DNA of 63,981 nt, filler included, from Caldilineae bacterium (lineage in GTDB: Bacteria > Chloroflexota > Anaerolineae > DTLA01): assembly GCA_037446815.1 (NCBI GenBank). It is 6 parts of 6 records of this genome, joined end to end, with 100 filler letters (N's around TTAATTAATTAA, not from the genome) between each part and the next. Parts side by side here need not be neighbours in the genome. Positions count along the whole stretch, not along the records: positions 33,764 to 44,828 come from JBBIHX010000094.1; positions 44,929 to 55,909 come from JBBIHX010000095.1; 4 more parts are not named here. The stretch is one strand, 5' to 3'. This document shows, in pieces, positions 40,376 to 51,878 of the stretch. The notes beneath the pieces are model-generated. The model made no database searches. It was not told the origin of the DNA and saw nothing but the letters and a program-made list of their open reading frames with translations. Made by a program: the position numbers and the translations under genes. The number at the start of each line of letters is the position of its first letter. Within the stretch, counting starts at the first letter, position 1.

Positions 40376-41011
40376 ATGGGCAAGTTTATCGCAGTGGCGG
40401 GGAATGTCGGGGTCGGCAAGTCCACCCTGACCCATCTGTTGAGCGAGCGGCTGGGCTGGGAGCCTTTCTACGAGGCAGTGGACGACAACCCCTACCTCGC
40501 CGACTTTTACAGCGACATGCCGCGGTGGAGTTTCCACTCGCAGATCTTCTTCCTATCGCGAAGGCTGCGCCACCATCGGGAAATCCTCAGCCACCCCAAC
40601 ACGGTCATCCAGGACCGCAGCGTGTACGAGGATGCCGAGATCTTCGCGCGCAACCTGTACCTGCAGGGGCACATGCAACCCCGCGACTACCGGTGCTATC
40701 GGGAACTGTACGAGGTGCTGACGCAGTTTCTGCCGCCGCCGGACCTCGTGATCTACCTGCGCGCCTCGGTTCCCACGCTCCAGCACCGCATCGCCCTGCG
40801 CGGGCGCGACTTTGAGCGGCAAATCCCCGATGAGTACCTCGCGCAATTGAACACCCTCTACGAGGAGTGGATTGAGGGATTCACGCTGTGCCCCGTGCTC
40901 ACCGTGCCCGCGGACCGTCTGGACTTCGTCAAGCACAACTCGCACCTTGAGTTGATCTGCGAGAAAATCCTTGACAAACTCCAGGGGAAGGAAGTCGTCG
41001 TCTTTGACTAG
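40376..41011 (+). CDS. deoxynucleoside kinase
   Basis: GNVGVGKST, QDRSVYED, RIALRGRDFE. Confidence 0.9.
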   Translation: MGKFIAVAGNVGVGKSTLTHLLSERLGWEPFYEAVDDNPYLADFYSDMPRWSFHSQIFFLSRRLRHHREILSHPNTVIQDRSVYEDAEIFARNLYLQGHMQPRDYRCYRELYEVLTQFLPPPDLVIYLRASVPTLQHRIALRGRDFERQIPDEYLAQLNTLYEEWIEGFTLCPVLTVPADRLDFVKHNSHLELICEKILDKLQGKEVVVFD

Positions 41012-41066
41012 CGCGCGTCAAAGATGACGGACGGGCGATCTATGCGGAAGGGCCTCGGCTGCTTAC

Positions 41067-41235
41067 CCTCGCCCGCCGGGAGAGGGCTAGGGTGAGGGCC
41101 ACGCACCCTCGCCCGCNNNNNNNNNNNNNNNNNNNNNNNNNNNNNNNNNNNNNNNNNNNNNNNNNNNNNNNNNNNNNNNNNNNNNNNNNNNNNNNNNNNN
41201 NNNNNNNNNNNNNNNNGGGTGAGGGCCACGCACCG
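41067..41235. repeat. REP-like repeats around a scaffold gap
   Basis: CCCTCGCCCGCCGGGAGAGGGCTAGGGTGAGGG. Confidence 0.7.
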
Positions 41236-41272
41236 ACCCGGCCATCCCCCGCGCCTGCTGCCCTCGCGGGCG

Positions 41273-41701
41273 CTACTTGCCGTTGTGGGCCTCCACCCGA
41301 CGCAGGGCCGCCAGGATGAGCACCGCGAAGACCGCGCCCACGATTGCGATGACGTACAGCCCCGCTGCGGCGGCCATGGCGATAGCCGCGACCGCCCACA
41401 GGCCGGCGGCCGTCGTCAGCCCGTGTACATCGGTCTGGCGCTGCAAGATCGTGCCGGCTCCGAGAAAGCCGACGCCGGTTACCACCTGCGCGGCCACGCG
41501 CGCGGGGTCGCTGCCCGGAAAGGCGTAGAGCGAGACCAGCGTAAACATGGCCGACCCCAGCCCAACCATGATGTAGGTGCGGAACCCCGCGGGCCTGCCG
41601 CGTCGTTCCCGCTCCCACCCGACGATTCCTGCCAGCACGATGGCCAGCAGCAAGCGGACGAGAGGCTCAACCGTTGCAAAAACTTCTTGCGCGTCGGGCA
41701 T
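41273..41701 (-). CDS. mgtC: MgtC/SapB family membrane protein (short form)
   Basis: GWERE, AGFRT, DPARVAAQVVTGVGFLGAG, GLTTAA. Confidence 0.85.
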   Translation of the reverse strand: MPDAQEVFATVEPLVRLLLAIVLAGIVGWERERRGRPAGFRTYIMVGLGSAMFTLVSLYAFPGSDPARVAAQVVTGVGFLGAGTILQRQTDVHGLTTAAGLWAVAAIAMAAAAGLYVIAIVGAVFAVLILAALRRVEAHNGK

Positions 41702-41713
41702 GACGTCCTCCTG

Positions 41714-41751
41714 AAAAAGCATCGGCAGGGAGCCAACGCCCCCTGCCGATG
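41714..41751 (-). terminator. terminator after ppdK
   Basis: CATCGGCAGGG/CCCTGCCGATG stem plus T5 on the minus strand. Confidence 0.7.
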
Positions 41752-41787
41752 GATTCTGTCTGTGCGATACGGCCGGGCGGCAAAGGC

Positions 41788-44571
<2,784 letters not shown>

Positions 44572-44717
44572 CTCACAAGCCTCCTTCATCTTGTTACAGT
44601 CGCACAAAAGCAGCCGGGGGTGTCCCTCGGCTGCCGGGTTGTGTTCCGTGCGGATTACGCGCCTGTGCCCCAGAGGCGATAGCGCAACAACGATGGCATG
44701 GGACGCACCAACTTGCA

Positions 44718-44746
44718 ATTATACCACCTTTGCCGCGGTTTACCAA
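44718..44746 (-). promoter_or_regulatory. ppdK promoter (extended -10)
   Basis: TTGGTA-N17-TATAAT with TG extension. Confidence 0.55.
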
Positions 44747-44752
44747 AATCGC

Positions 44753-44828
44753 GATTCGGTTCCAAAGTCTGTTGGTATTTGTCATTGCGAGGGCGCGGAG
44801 CGCCCGAAGCAATCCCCGGAGCGTGCGA
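44753..44828. mobile_element. MITE left end, truncated by scaffold end
   Basis: Near-identical to 30738-30800. Confidence 0.7.
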
Positions 44829-44928
44829 NNNNNNNNNNNNNNNNNNNNNNNNNNNNNNNNNNNNNNNNNNNNTTAATTAATTAANNNNNNNNNNNNNNNN
44901 NNNNNNNNNNNNNNNNNNNNNNNNNNNN
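44829..44928. other. artificial contig linker
   Basis: N/TTAATTAATTAA/N. Confidence 0.98.
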
Positions 44929-44983
44929 ATGACACACGGGTAGTGTACGCCTGCGGTTCACCAACACAAGATGAAACCGAATC
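44929..44983. mobile_element. MITE right end at scaffold start
   Basis: CACCAACACAAGATGAAACCGAATC matches 30861-30885. Confidence 0.65.
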
Positions 44984-45102
44984 GAACGCAGGTGCGAATC
45001 TGGCGCGCGAGAACGAATGATGTATAATACCCTCACTGGTGTGCGAACCGCTAGGCGCGAAGTGGCGGTTTGCACGATTCTGCTACAGAGAGGGAGGGTA
45101 TC

Positions 45103-46371
45103 GTGAAACGCGTTTGCTTCCTCGCAGCGTCGCTGGTGTTGGTGTTTGCCCTTGCCGCATGCGGCAGCGGCAGCCCTTCGGGGCCATCGCCCCAGGGCCA
45201 GGCGGAGCCCACGCCAACCCCCACGCCCGAGCCGCAGCCCGTCTCGCTCACCATCTGGCACGGCTGGCAGCCGGAGGCGCTGGCCCATGTGGAACCCATC
45301 TTCCGCGCCTACGAGGCCCAGCACCCGAACGTGCACATTGACCTGGTGCACGTGCCCGACATGGCGAACCGCGTCATCTCGGCCATTCCGGGCGGCGAGA
45401 AGGTGGACATCCTGGCCTTCGGGATGGACTGGGTGGGCCGCCTGGCCGACGCGGGCCTTATCGTGCCTGTGAGCGATCACGGCGTAACCCGCGACTTCAT
45501 GCGGAGCACGTACATCGGCCCCGCCGCCGACGCCATGCTCTACAAGGGCAAGGTGTGGGGATTCCCGGAGGCCGTGGAGTGCGTGTCCTGGATTTACAAC
45601 AAGGCGCTCGTCTCGGAGCAGGAGATTCCCAAGACGACGGATGAGTTGCTGGCGAAGGCGCGGGACTGGAACGCCGCGCATCCGGGGCAGTTCTTCTTCG
45701 TGTATCCGGCGCAGAACGACCCGTACTTTTCCGCGCCCTGGTGGTATGGCGCGGGCGCGTACTTTGTCAAGGAGGATGGCTCCGTCGGCCTGGAGTCGGA
45801 GGGGGGACTGCGGGCGGCCCAGTTCTTCGCCCAACTGCCGCCGCTGATGCCGCAGCCGGTGGACTACGTCGCGGCGACGGCGCTGTTCAAGGAGGGCAGG
45901 GCCGCCATCATTCAGAACGGGCCGTGGTTCTTGTCGGAGTTGCAGGCGGCGGGCGTACAGTACGGGCTGGCGCTGATGCCGGAGGTCAGCGGTGCGGGAC
46001 GCCGGGCCATGCCCTTCGTCAGCGGCAAGGCCCTGATGATCACGCCCAACTGCGAGCGGCCCGACGTGGCCGTTGATTTGCTCACGTACTTCACGGGCGC
46101 GGAGCCGCAGATCGCCCTGGCCAAGGCGAATCACACCATCCCGACGAACCGGGCCGCCATCACCAGCGCCGACGTGCAGGCCATGCCCGACATCGCGCAC
46201 TTCGCGGCGCAGGCCGAGCTGGGCGTGCCGCTGCCATCCACGCCCTACATGAGCGGCCTGTGGGAGCCGGTTTCGGCTGCGCTGTCGGCGCTGTGGGAGG
46301 GCCGCCCGCCCGAGGACGTGCTGCAAGAAGCGCAAACGCAGGCGCTCAAGAATATCGCGGCATTGAGATAG
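45103..46371 (+). CDS. maltose/maltodextrin ABC substrate-binding lipoprotein
   Basis: Lipobox LAAC, LTIWHGW, IYNKALV, NGPW, MSGLW; adjacent amylases. Confidence 0.85.
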   Translation: MKRVCFLAASLVLVFALAACGSGSPSGPSPQGQAEPTPTPTPEPQPVSLTIWHGWQPEALAHVEPIFRAYEAQHPNVHIDLVHVPDMANRVISAIPGGEKVDILAFGMDWVGRLADAGLIVPVSDHGVTRDFMRSTYIGPAADAMLYKGKVWGFPEAVECVSWIYNKALVSEQEIPKTTDELLAKARDWNAAHPGQFFFVYPAQNDPYFSAPWWYGAGAYFVKEDGSVGLESEGGLRAAQFFAQLPPLMPQPVDYVAATALFKEGRAAIIQNGPWFLSELQAAGVQYGLALMPEVSGAGRRAMPFVSGKALMITPNCERPDVAVDLLTYFTGAEPQIALAKANHTIPTNRAAITSADVQAMPDIAHFAAQAELGVPLPSTPYMSGLWEPVSAALSALWEGRPPEDVLQEAQTQALKNIAALR

Positions 46372-46463
46372 CGGTCAGCCATCTGCAGTCAGCGGTCAGC
46401 ACTGCGCAGTCCGGTTTGGGCTTGCTGGCACGGCCAACCGCTGATGGCTGATCGCTGATGGCT
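46370..46463. repeat. inverted heptamer arrays
   Basis: AGCGGTC-AGCCATC-TGCAGTC-AGCGGTC ... GCTGATG-GCTGATC-GCTGATG-GCT. Confidence 0.7.
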
Positions 46464-46479
46464 CTTGAGGCTTGACCGT

Positions 46480-48280
46480 ATGGAAGACTTCATCTTCGGC
46501 AACCTAACGCTTACCGACGAGATCGTCGCAAAACTGACCCGGCAGTTGCGGGGCGTGTACCACGGCCACCGCATAGAGCCGACGCCGGCCGCGCCCGGCA
46601 AGCCGATTGCCCTGTACGCCACGACGGGGCCTGCGGTCGCCGCCGACGCCGCGTACCTGTACTACACCACCGACGGCTCGGAGCCGCAGGGCGCGGGCGG
46701 CCAGGCATCCCACGGCTACGCGCTCCCCATGCAGCGGGTGGAGACCGAGTGGGTGTCGCTCCTGTGGGATTACGTGGCCTGGTGGAAGGCGGAACTGCCC
46801 CCGCTGCCCGATGGCACGAAGGTGCGCTACAAAATTGAGGCCCGCGATTCCGTCGGGGAGAGCAGCGCCTTCGCCGACAACGGCGCGCCGAACTCCCAGG
46901 CCGCGACGCGGTTCTCGTTCCCCGTGGCCGACGCCGAGCCGCCCGCGTGGGCCAGGGAAGCCATCATCTACCACGTTTTCGTGGACCGCTTCAACCCGGG
47001 CGCGGGCCGCGCCTTCGCCAAACCGGGCGACCTGCGCGGCTTCTACGGCGGCACCCTGCGCGGCGTTGCGGAGAAACTGGACTACATCGCGGCGCTGGGC
47101 GCGACGGCCATCTGGCTTTCGCCCATCTTCGCCAGCCCGTCGCACCACGGGTACGACGCCACCGACCTGTACGCCATTGAGCCGCGCCTGGGGACGGAGG
47201 CCGATTTCCGCGCCCTTGTGCAGGCGGCCCACGCGCGCGGCATCCGCATTATCCTGGACTTCGTCCCCAATCACGTGTCCAACACGCACCCGTTCTTCGT
47301 CAGCGCCCAGACCGAGCCGGATAGCCCCTACCGCGACTGGTTCACCTTCCGCCGCTGGCCCGATGAGTACGAATCGTTCTTCGGCGTGAAGTCGCTGCCG
47401 CAGTGGAACAACGAGCACGCGCCCGCCCGCCGGTATATGCTGGACGTGGCGCGGTACTGGATTCGCGAGTTCGGGGTGGATGGGTATCGGCTGGACTACG
47501 CCAACGGCCCGTCGCACGACTTTTGGACCGATTTCCGCCTGGCGGTGAAGGACGCCAACCCCGAGGCGTTCATCTTCGGCGAGATTGTGGAGAGCGGCGG
47601 GCTGCTGCGGACGTATCAGGCCCGTCTGGATGGGAGCCTGGATTTCCTGCTGACCCACAACCTGCGCCGGGCCTTCGCCTTCGGGAACATGAGCCTGGCG
47701 GAACTGGATACGTTCATCACGCGACACGAATCGTACTTTGACGCGCGCTTTGTCCGCCCCAGTTTCCTGGACAATCACGACATGAACCGCTTCCTGTGGC
47801 TGGTGAAGGGCGACAAGCGGCGGCTGCGGCTGGCGGCGCTGTGCCAGTTCACGCTGGCCGGCCCGCCCATCGTGTACTACGGCACGGAGGTGGGCCTGTC
47901 GCAGGAGCGCGATTGCCGCACACCCGACGGCCACGGCAGGCCCCACGAGGCCCGCGCGCCCATGCTCTGGGGCGCGGCGCAGGACGCCGATTTGTTGGCC
48001 TACTACCGCGCTCTGGGGCGGTTGCGGCGAGAGCGGCCGGTGCTGTGGCGTGGGGCTCGGCAGACCCTGGCCGTGGGCGCGCCGCTAGGGACGTGGGCCT
48101 ACGCCCGCGTGGACGGTGAGGATTGCGTGCTGGCAATGCTGAACGCAGGCGACTCGCCCGCGGAAATGTCGGTGTCGGTCGCGGGCCTGGGGCTGGCCGA
48201 CGGGACGCGCCTGCGCAACCTGCTGGGCGAGGAGGTTTACGCCGTCGCGGGCGGGCGCGTGAGGGTGGGCCTGGGGCCGG
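46480..48280 (+). CDS. GH13 cyclomaltodextrinase/neopullulanase-like amylase (3' end in gap)
   Basis: HHGYD, DFVPNH, DGYRLD, GE, FLDNHD, YYGTE. Confidence 0.9.
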
Positions 48281-48396
48281 NNNNNNNNNNNNNNNNNNNN
48301 NNNNNNNNNNNNNNNNNNNNNNNNNNNNNNNNNNNNNNNNNNNNNNNNNNNNNNNNNNNNNNNNNNNNNNNNNNNNNNNNTAAGGAGGAGTCAGAA

Positions 48397-51300
48397 ATGA
48401 AAAAGCGTTTGTCTATCCTATCCCTGCTAGTGATTCTCGTCATGCTCGTGGCCGCGTGCGGGCCGAAGCCGACGCCGACCGCGACGCCGGCGCCGACCCA
48501 GCCGCCTCGGCCCACGGCGACGACTGCCGCGCCCACACCCGCGCCGGAGCCGCTGTACCTGGCCATCATCTGGCACCAGCACCAGCCGCTGTACTACAAG
48601 GACCAGGCGGCGAACATGTACATGAAGCCGTGGGTGCGGGTGCACGCGACCAAGGACTACGTGGACATGGCCGCCATGTTGGAGCAGTATCCCAACATCC
48701 ACGTTACGTTCAACCTCACGCCCACCCTCATCCGCCAGTTGGACGACATCGCCGCGGGCGCGAAGGACAAGTACTGGGTCATCGCCGAGAAGCCGGCAGA
48801 CCAGTTGACCGTGGAAGACAAGAAGTTCATGCTCCAGCGTTTCTTTGACATCAACCGCAAGATCATCGCCCGCTTTCCGCGCTACCAGCAACTTCTGGAC
48901 GACCGAGGCACCGACTTGAGCGATACGGGACTGGAGGCCACCATCGCCCGCTGGACCGATGCGGAATGGCGCGACCTGCAGGTGCTGTTCAACCTGGCCT
49001 GGACCGACCCGGACTGGCTGGCGCAGGAGCCGCTGAAGGCGCTCAATGAGCAGGCCGCCAACTACTCCGAGGACGACAAGAAGGTGCTGTTCCAGGAGCA
49101 CCTGCGCCTGGTCAAGGAGGTCATCCCCGTGCACAAGCGCCTGCAGGAGGCGGGGCAGATTGAGATTACCATGACGCCCTACGCTCACCCCATCCTGCCG
49201 CTGCTGGTGGACACGAACCTGGCGCTCCAGGCCGCGCCGAAACTGCCGCTGCCCACCCGCTTCATGTACGGGCAGGATGCGGTGGCGCAACTGCAGAAGG
49301 GCATTGAACTGTACCAGGAGCACTTCGGCCAGCCCCCTGCCGGCATGTGGCCCGCCGAAGGCTCGGTGGCGCAGGAGATCGTCGGCATCGTCGCCAATGG
49401 GGGCATCAAGTGGATGGCGTCGGACGAGGGCGTGCTGGCCCGCTCGCTGGGCAAGCCCGGGTTCAACCGCAATTCCGCCGAGGTGGTTACCGATGCCGAC
49501 GACCTGTATCGGCCCTACTACGTAACGTCGGGCGACAAGCCGCCGGTGCTCATGGTCTTCCGCGACGTGGTCATCTCGGACAAGGTGGGCTTCACCTACT
49601 CCGGCACGTCGGGCAAGGCCGCGGCGCAGGACTTCATGAACCGCCTGCGCAACATCGCGGCGCGCCTGAAAGGGGAGGGCAAGCCCGGGCCGCACCTGGT
49701 TACCGTCATCCTGGACGGCGAGAACGCCTGGGAGTACTACCCGAACGACGGCAAGGAGTTCCTGCACACGCTGTACCAACTGCTGAGCGAGGCGACGGAC
49801 ATCAAGACCGTTACGCCGTCCGAGTACATGAAACTGTATCCCGACCAGCGCAAGATTGAGAAACTCTGGGCCGGTTCGTGGATCAGCGCCGACTTCACCA
49901 CCTGGATCGGCGAGGAAGAGGAGAACCTGGCGTGGGACTACCTGGGCAAGGTGCGCGCGGATTTGCAGAAGTACGTCGGCGGCGTCCGCACGACCACGCC
50001 GGAGAAACTGGCCCGCGCGCTGGACTTCATGTACGCCGCCGAGGGGTCCGACTGGTTCTGGTGGTACGGCGCCGACCAGAGCAGCGGCGACGACGCCTCC
50101 TTTGACGAGATGTACCGCCGCACGCTGATGGATGTGTACAACGCCCTGGGTGAGACGCCGCCCGACTTCCTGTACGTGCCCATCATCGCCAAGCCGCCCC
50201 AGCCGCCCACCAAGGCCGTGGAGGGGCTGTTCACGCCGCTCGTGGACGGCAAGGCGGGCAAAGAGGAATGGGCCACCGCGGGCTACTACGCCGTGGTTGG
50301 TGGGGCCATGGCCCGCGCCAACGACATCATCACCGACCTGTACTACGGCTTTGACGCCAAGAACATCTACATCCGCCTGGACGCGAAGACCGACTGGGCC
50401 GCGGTCGGGCCGGACACCTACGTGGGCATCTACCTTTCCGCGCCAGGGGCCGCCGCATTCAACAGTTTCTCCCGCTTCGGCGCGAAGGTAGAGCCGCGCA
50501 CGCTGCTGGGGTTCGGGGCCGCCTACGAATTGGCCGCCCACTTCCAGGATGGCAAACTGGCGGGCACGCTTGCCAAGGCGAAGGGCGATAACACGTGGGC
50601 CGCTCCTGCGGCGCTGGACACCATCGCCAGCCAGGGCGCGGTGCTGGAAATCGCCGTGCCCTACGAGATGCTGGGCAAGTTTGACGCGGGCGATGTCATC
50701 AACTTCCGCGCGGTGGTGGCGCTCAACGGGGCCGACGTGCAGATTGTGCCCTCCGAGGGCGTGGCCAAGGTCGTCGTGCCCGATCTGGGGCTGGTAACCA
50801 ACATCCTGGAGGTGGAGGATCCCGTCGGCGACGACCACGGCCCCGGCTCGTACACCTACGCGACGGACCCTGTGTTCGGCCCCGGGGCGTTTGATGTCAA
50901 GAAGTTCACCGTGGGCTACGATGACAACAACGTGGTGTTCAAGTTTGAGATGAACGGGCCGGTGGAGAACGTCTGGGGCTCGCCCAACGGCCTGTCGGTG
51001 CAGACCTTTGACATCTACATTGACAAGGACGGCAAGGCCGGCTCGGGCGCGAGGCTCCTGCTGCCCGGGCGCAACGCCGCGGTCTCTGCCGACGAGGCGT
51101 GGGACTTCGTCATCTGGGCCGAGGGCTGGACGCCGGGCATCTACAAGGCGGGCGCCGACGGCAAACCGGAGAAGATAGACGGGGCGCAGTTCCAGATTCT
51201 GGCCGACCCGGCCCAGCGCAAGGTTACCATCCGCGTTCCGAAAGACATCCTGGGCGACGACCCGCAGGACTGGGCGTTCCTGGCCGTGGTCTGCGGGCAG

Positions 51301-51543
51301 GAGGGGTACCCGGCCACGGGCGTGTGGCGCATCCGCGACGTGAACCCCAAGGCCGAGCAGTGGCGCTTCGGCGGCGGCCCGCAGGACACGAACCACACGC
51401 GCATCATGGACGTGGTCTGGCCCGCCGACGCCAAGCCGACCCAAGAGGAGATGCTGAGCGCCTACACGCCCAGCACCGAGACGAACATGGACAAACTCGG
51501 CCCCGACGACTTCGCGCAGGTGAAGATGCTCAGGGCCAAGTAG
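48397..51543 (+). CDS. GH57 amylopullulanase lipoprotein with C-terminal DOMON/glucodextranase-like domains
   Basis: Own RBS AAGGAGGAG, lipobox VAAC, WHQHQP, WPAEG, LDGENAWE, AEGSDWFWW, DPVGDDHGPG. Confidence 0.92.
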   Translation: MKKRLSILSLLVILVMLVAACGPKPTPTATPAPTQPPRPTATTAAPTPAPEPLYLAIIWHQHQPLYYKDQAANMYMKPWVRVHATKDYVDMAAMLEQYPNIHVTFNLTPTLIRQLDDIAAGAKDKYWVIAEKPADQLTVEDKKFMLQRFFDINRKIIARFPRYQQLLDDRGTDLSDTGLEATIARWTDAEWRDLQVLFNLAWTDPDWLAQEPLKALNEQAANYSEDDKKVLFQEHLRLVKEVIPVHKRLQEAGQIEITMTPYAHPILPLLVDTNLALQAAPKLPLPTRFMYGQDAVAQLQKGIELYQEHFGQPPAGMWPAEGSVAQEIVGIVANGGIKWMASDEGVLARSLGKPGFNRNSAEVVTDADDLYRPYYVTSGDKPPVLMVFRDVVISDKVGFTYSGTSGKAAAQDFMNRLRNIAARLKGEGKPGPHLVTVILDGENAWEYYPNDGKEFLHTLYQLLSEATDIKTVTPSEYMKLYPDQRKIEKLWAGSWISADFTTWIGEEEENLAWDYLGKVRADLQKYVGGVRTTTPEKLARALDFMYAAEGSDWFWWYGADQSSGDDASFDEMYRRTLMDVYNALGETPPDFLYVPIIAKPPQPPTKAVEGLFTPLVDGKAGKEEWATAGYYAVVGGAMARANDIITDLYYGFDAKNIYIRLDAKTDWAAVGPDTYVGIYLSAPGAAAFNSFSRFGAKVEPRTLLGFGAAYELAAHFQDGKLAGTLAKAKGDNTWAAPAALDTIASQGAVLEIAVPYEMLGKFDAGDVINFRAVVALNGADVQIVPSEGVAKVVVPDLGLVTNILEVEDPVGDDHGPGSYTYATDPVFGPGAFDVKKFTVGYDDNNVVFKFEMNGPVENVWGSPNGLSVQTFDIYIDKDGKAGSGARLLLPGRNAAVSADEAWDFVIWAEGWTPGIYKAGADGKPEKIDGAQFQILADPAQRKVTIRVPKDILGDDPQDWAFLAVVCGQEGYPATGVWRIRDVNPKAEQWRFGGGPQDTNHTRIMDVVWPADAKPTQEEMLSAYTPSTETNMDKLGPDDFAQVKMLRAK

Positions 51544-51866
51544 CGCCCCAAGCGCACTCCGCACGCAAGAAGACCTCCGAGGTCCGAAACGCCTCGGAGG
51601 TCTTTTGTGTTGGCGCCGTAGTGGCCAGGTGAGACCGCNNNNNNNNNNNNNNNNNNNNNNNNNNNNNNNNNNNNNNNNNNNNNNNNNNNNNNNNNNNNNN
51701 NNNNNNNNNNNNNNNNNNNNNNNNNNNNNNNNNNNNNNCTTGGCTTCCGCACGGGCCAGGCGTCGGCTACGCTGCCGTGATGGGTTCCGCAATTCGCCCC
51801 AAGCGCACTCCGCACGCAAAAAGACCTCCGAGGCCCGAAACGCCTCGGAGGTCTTTCGTGTTGGCG
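51544..51866. repeat. two direct copies (about 72 bp) of a palindromic element between convergent genes
   Basis: AAGACCTCCGAGG-loop-CCTCGGAGGTCTT within 51544-51614 and 51795-51866. Confidence 0.8.
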
Positions 51867-51878
51867 GTGTGGTGGGGG

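Noticed and set aside
44753..44983. One MITE spanning the linker, implying the two scaffolds are adjacent
   Set aside because: The flanks share no target duplication and scaffolds are ordered by length, so the left/right pairing is probably coincidence
46465..51543. 1692-aa GH13-GH57 fusion in the ORF track
   Set aside because: Artefact of translating through 100 Ns; the GH57 gene has its own RBS, ATG (48397) and lipoprotein signal
51544..51866. Direct repeats as CRISPR or att sites
   Set aside because: Only two palindromic copies around an assembly gap between convergent genes; no integrase
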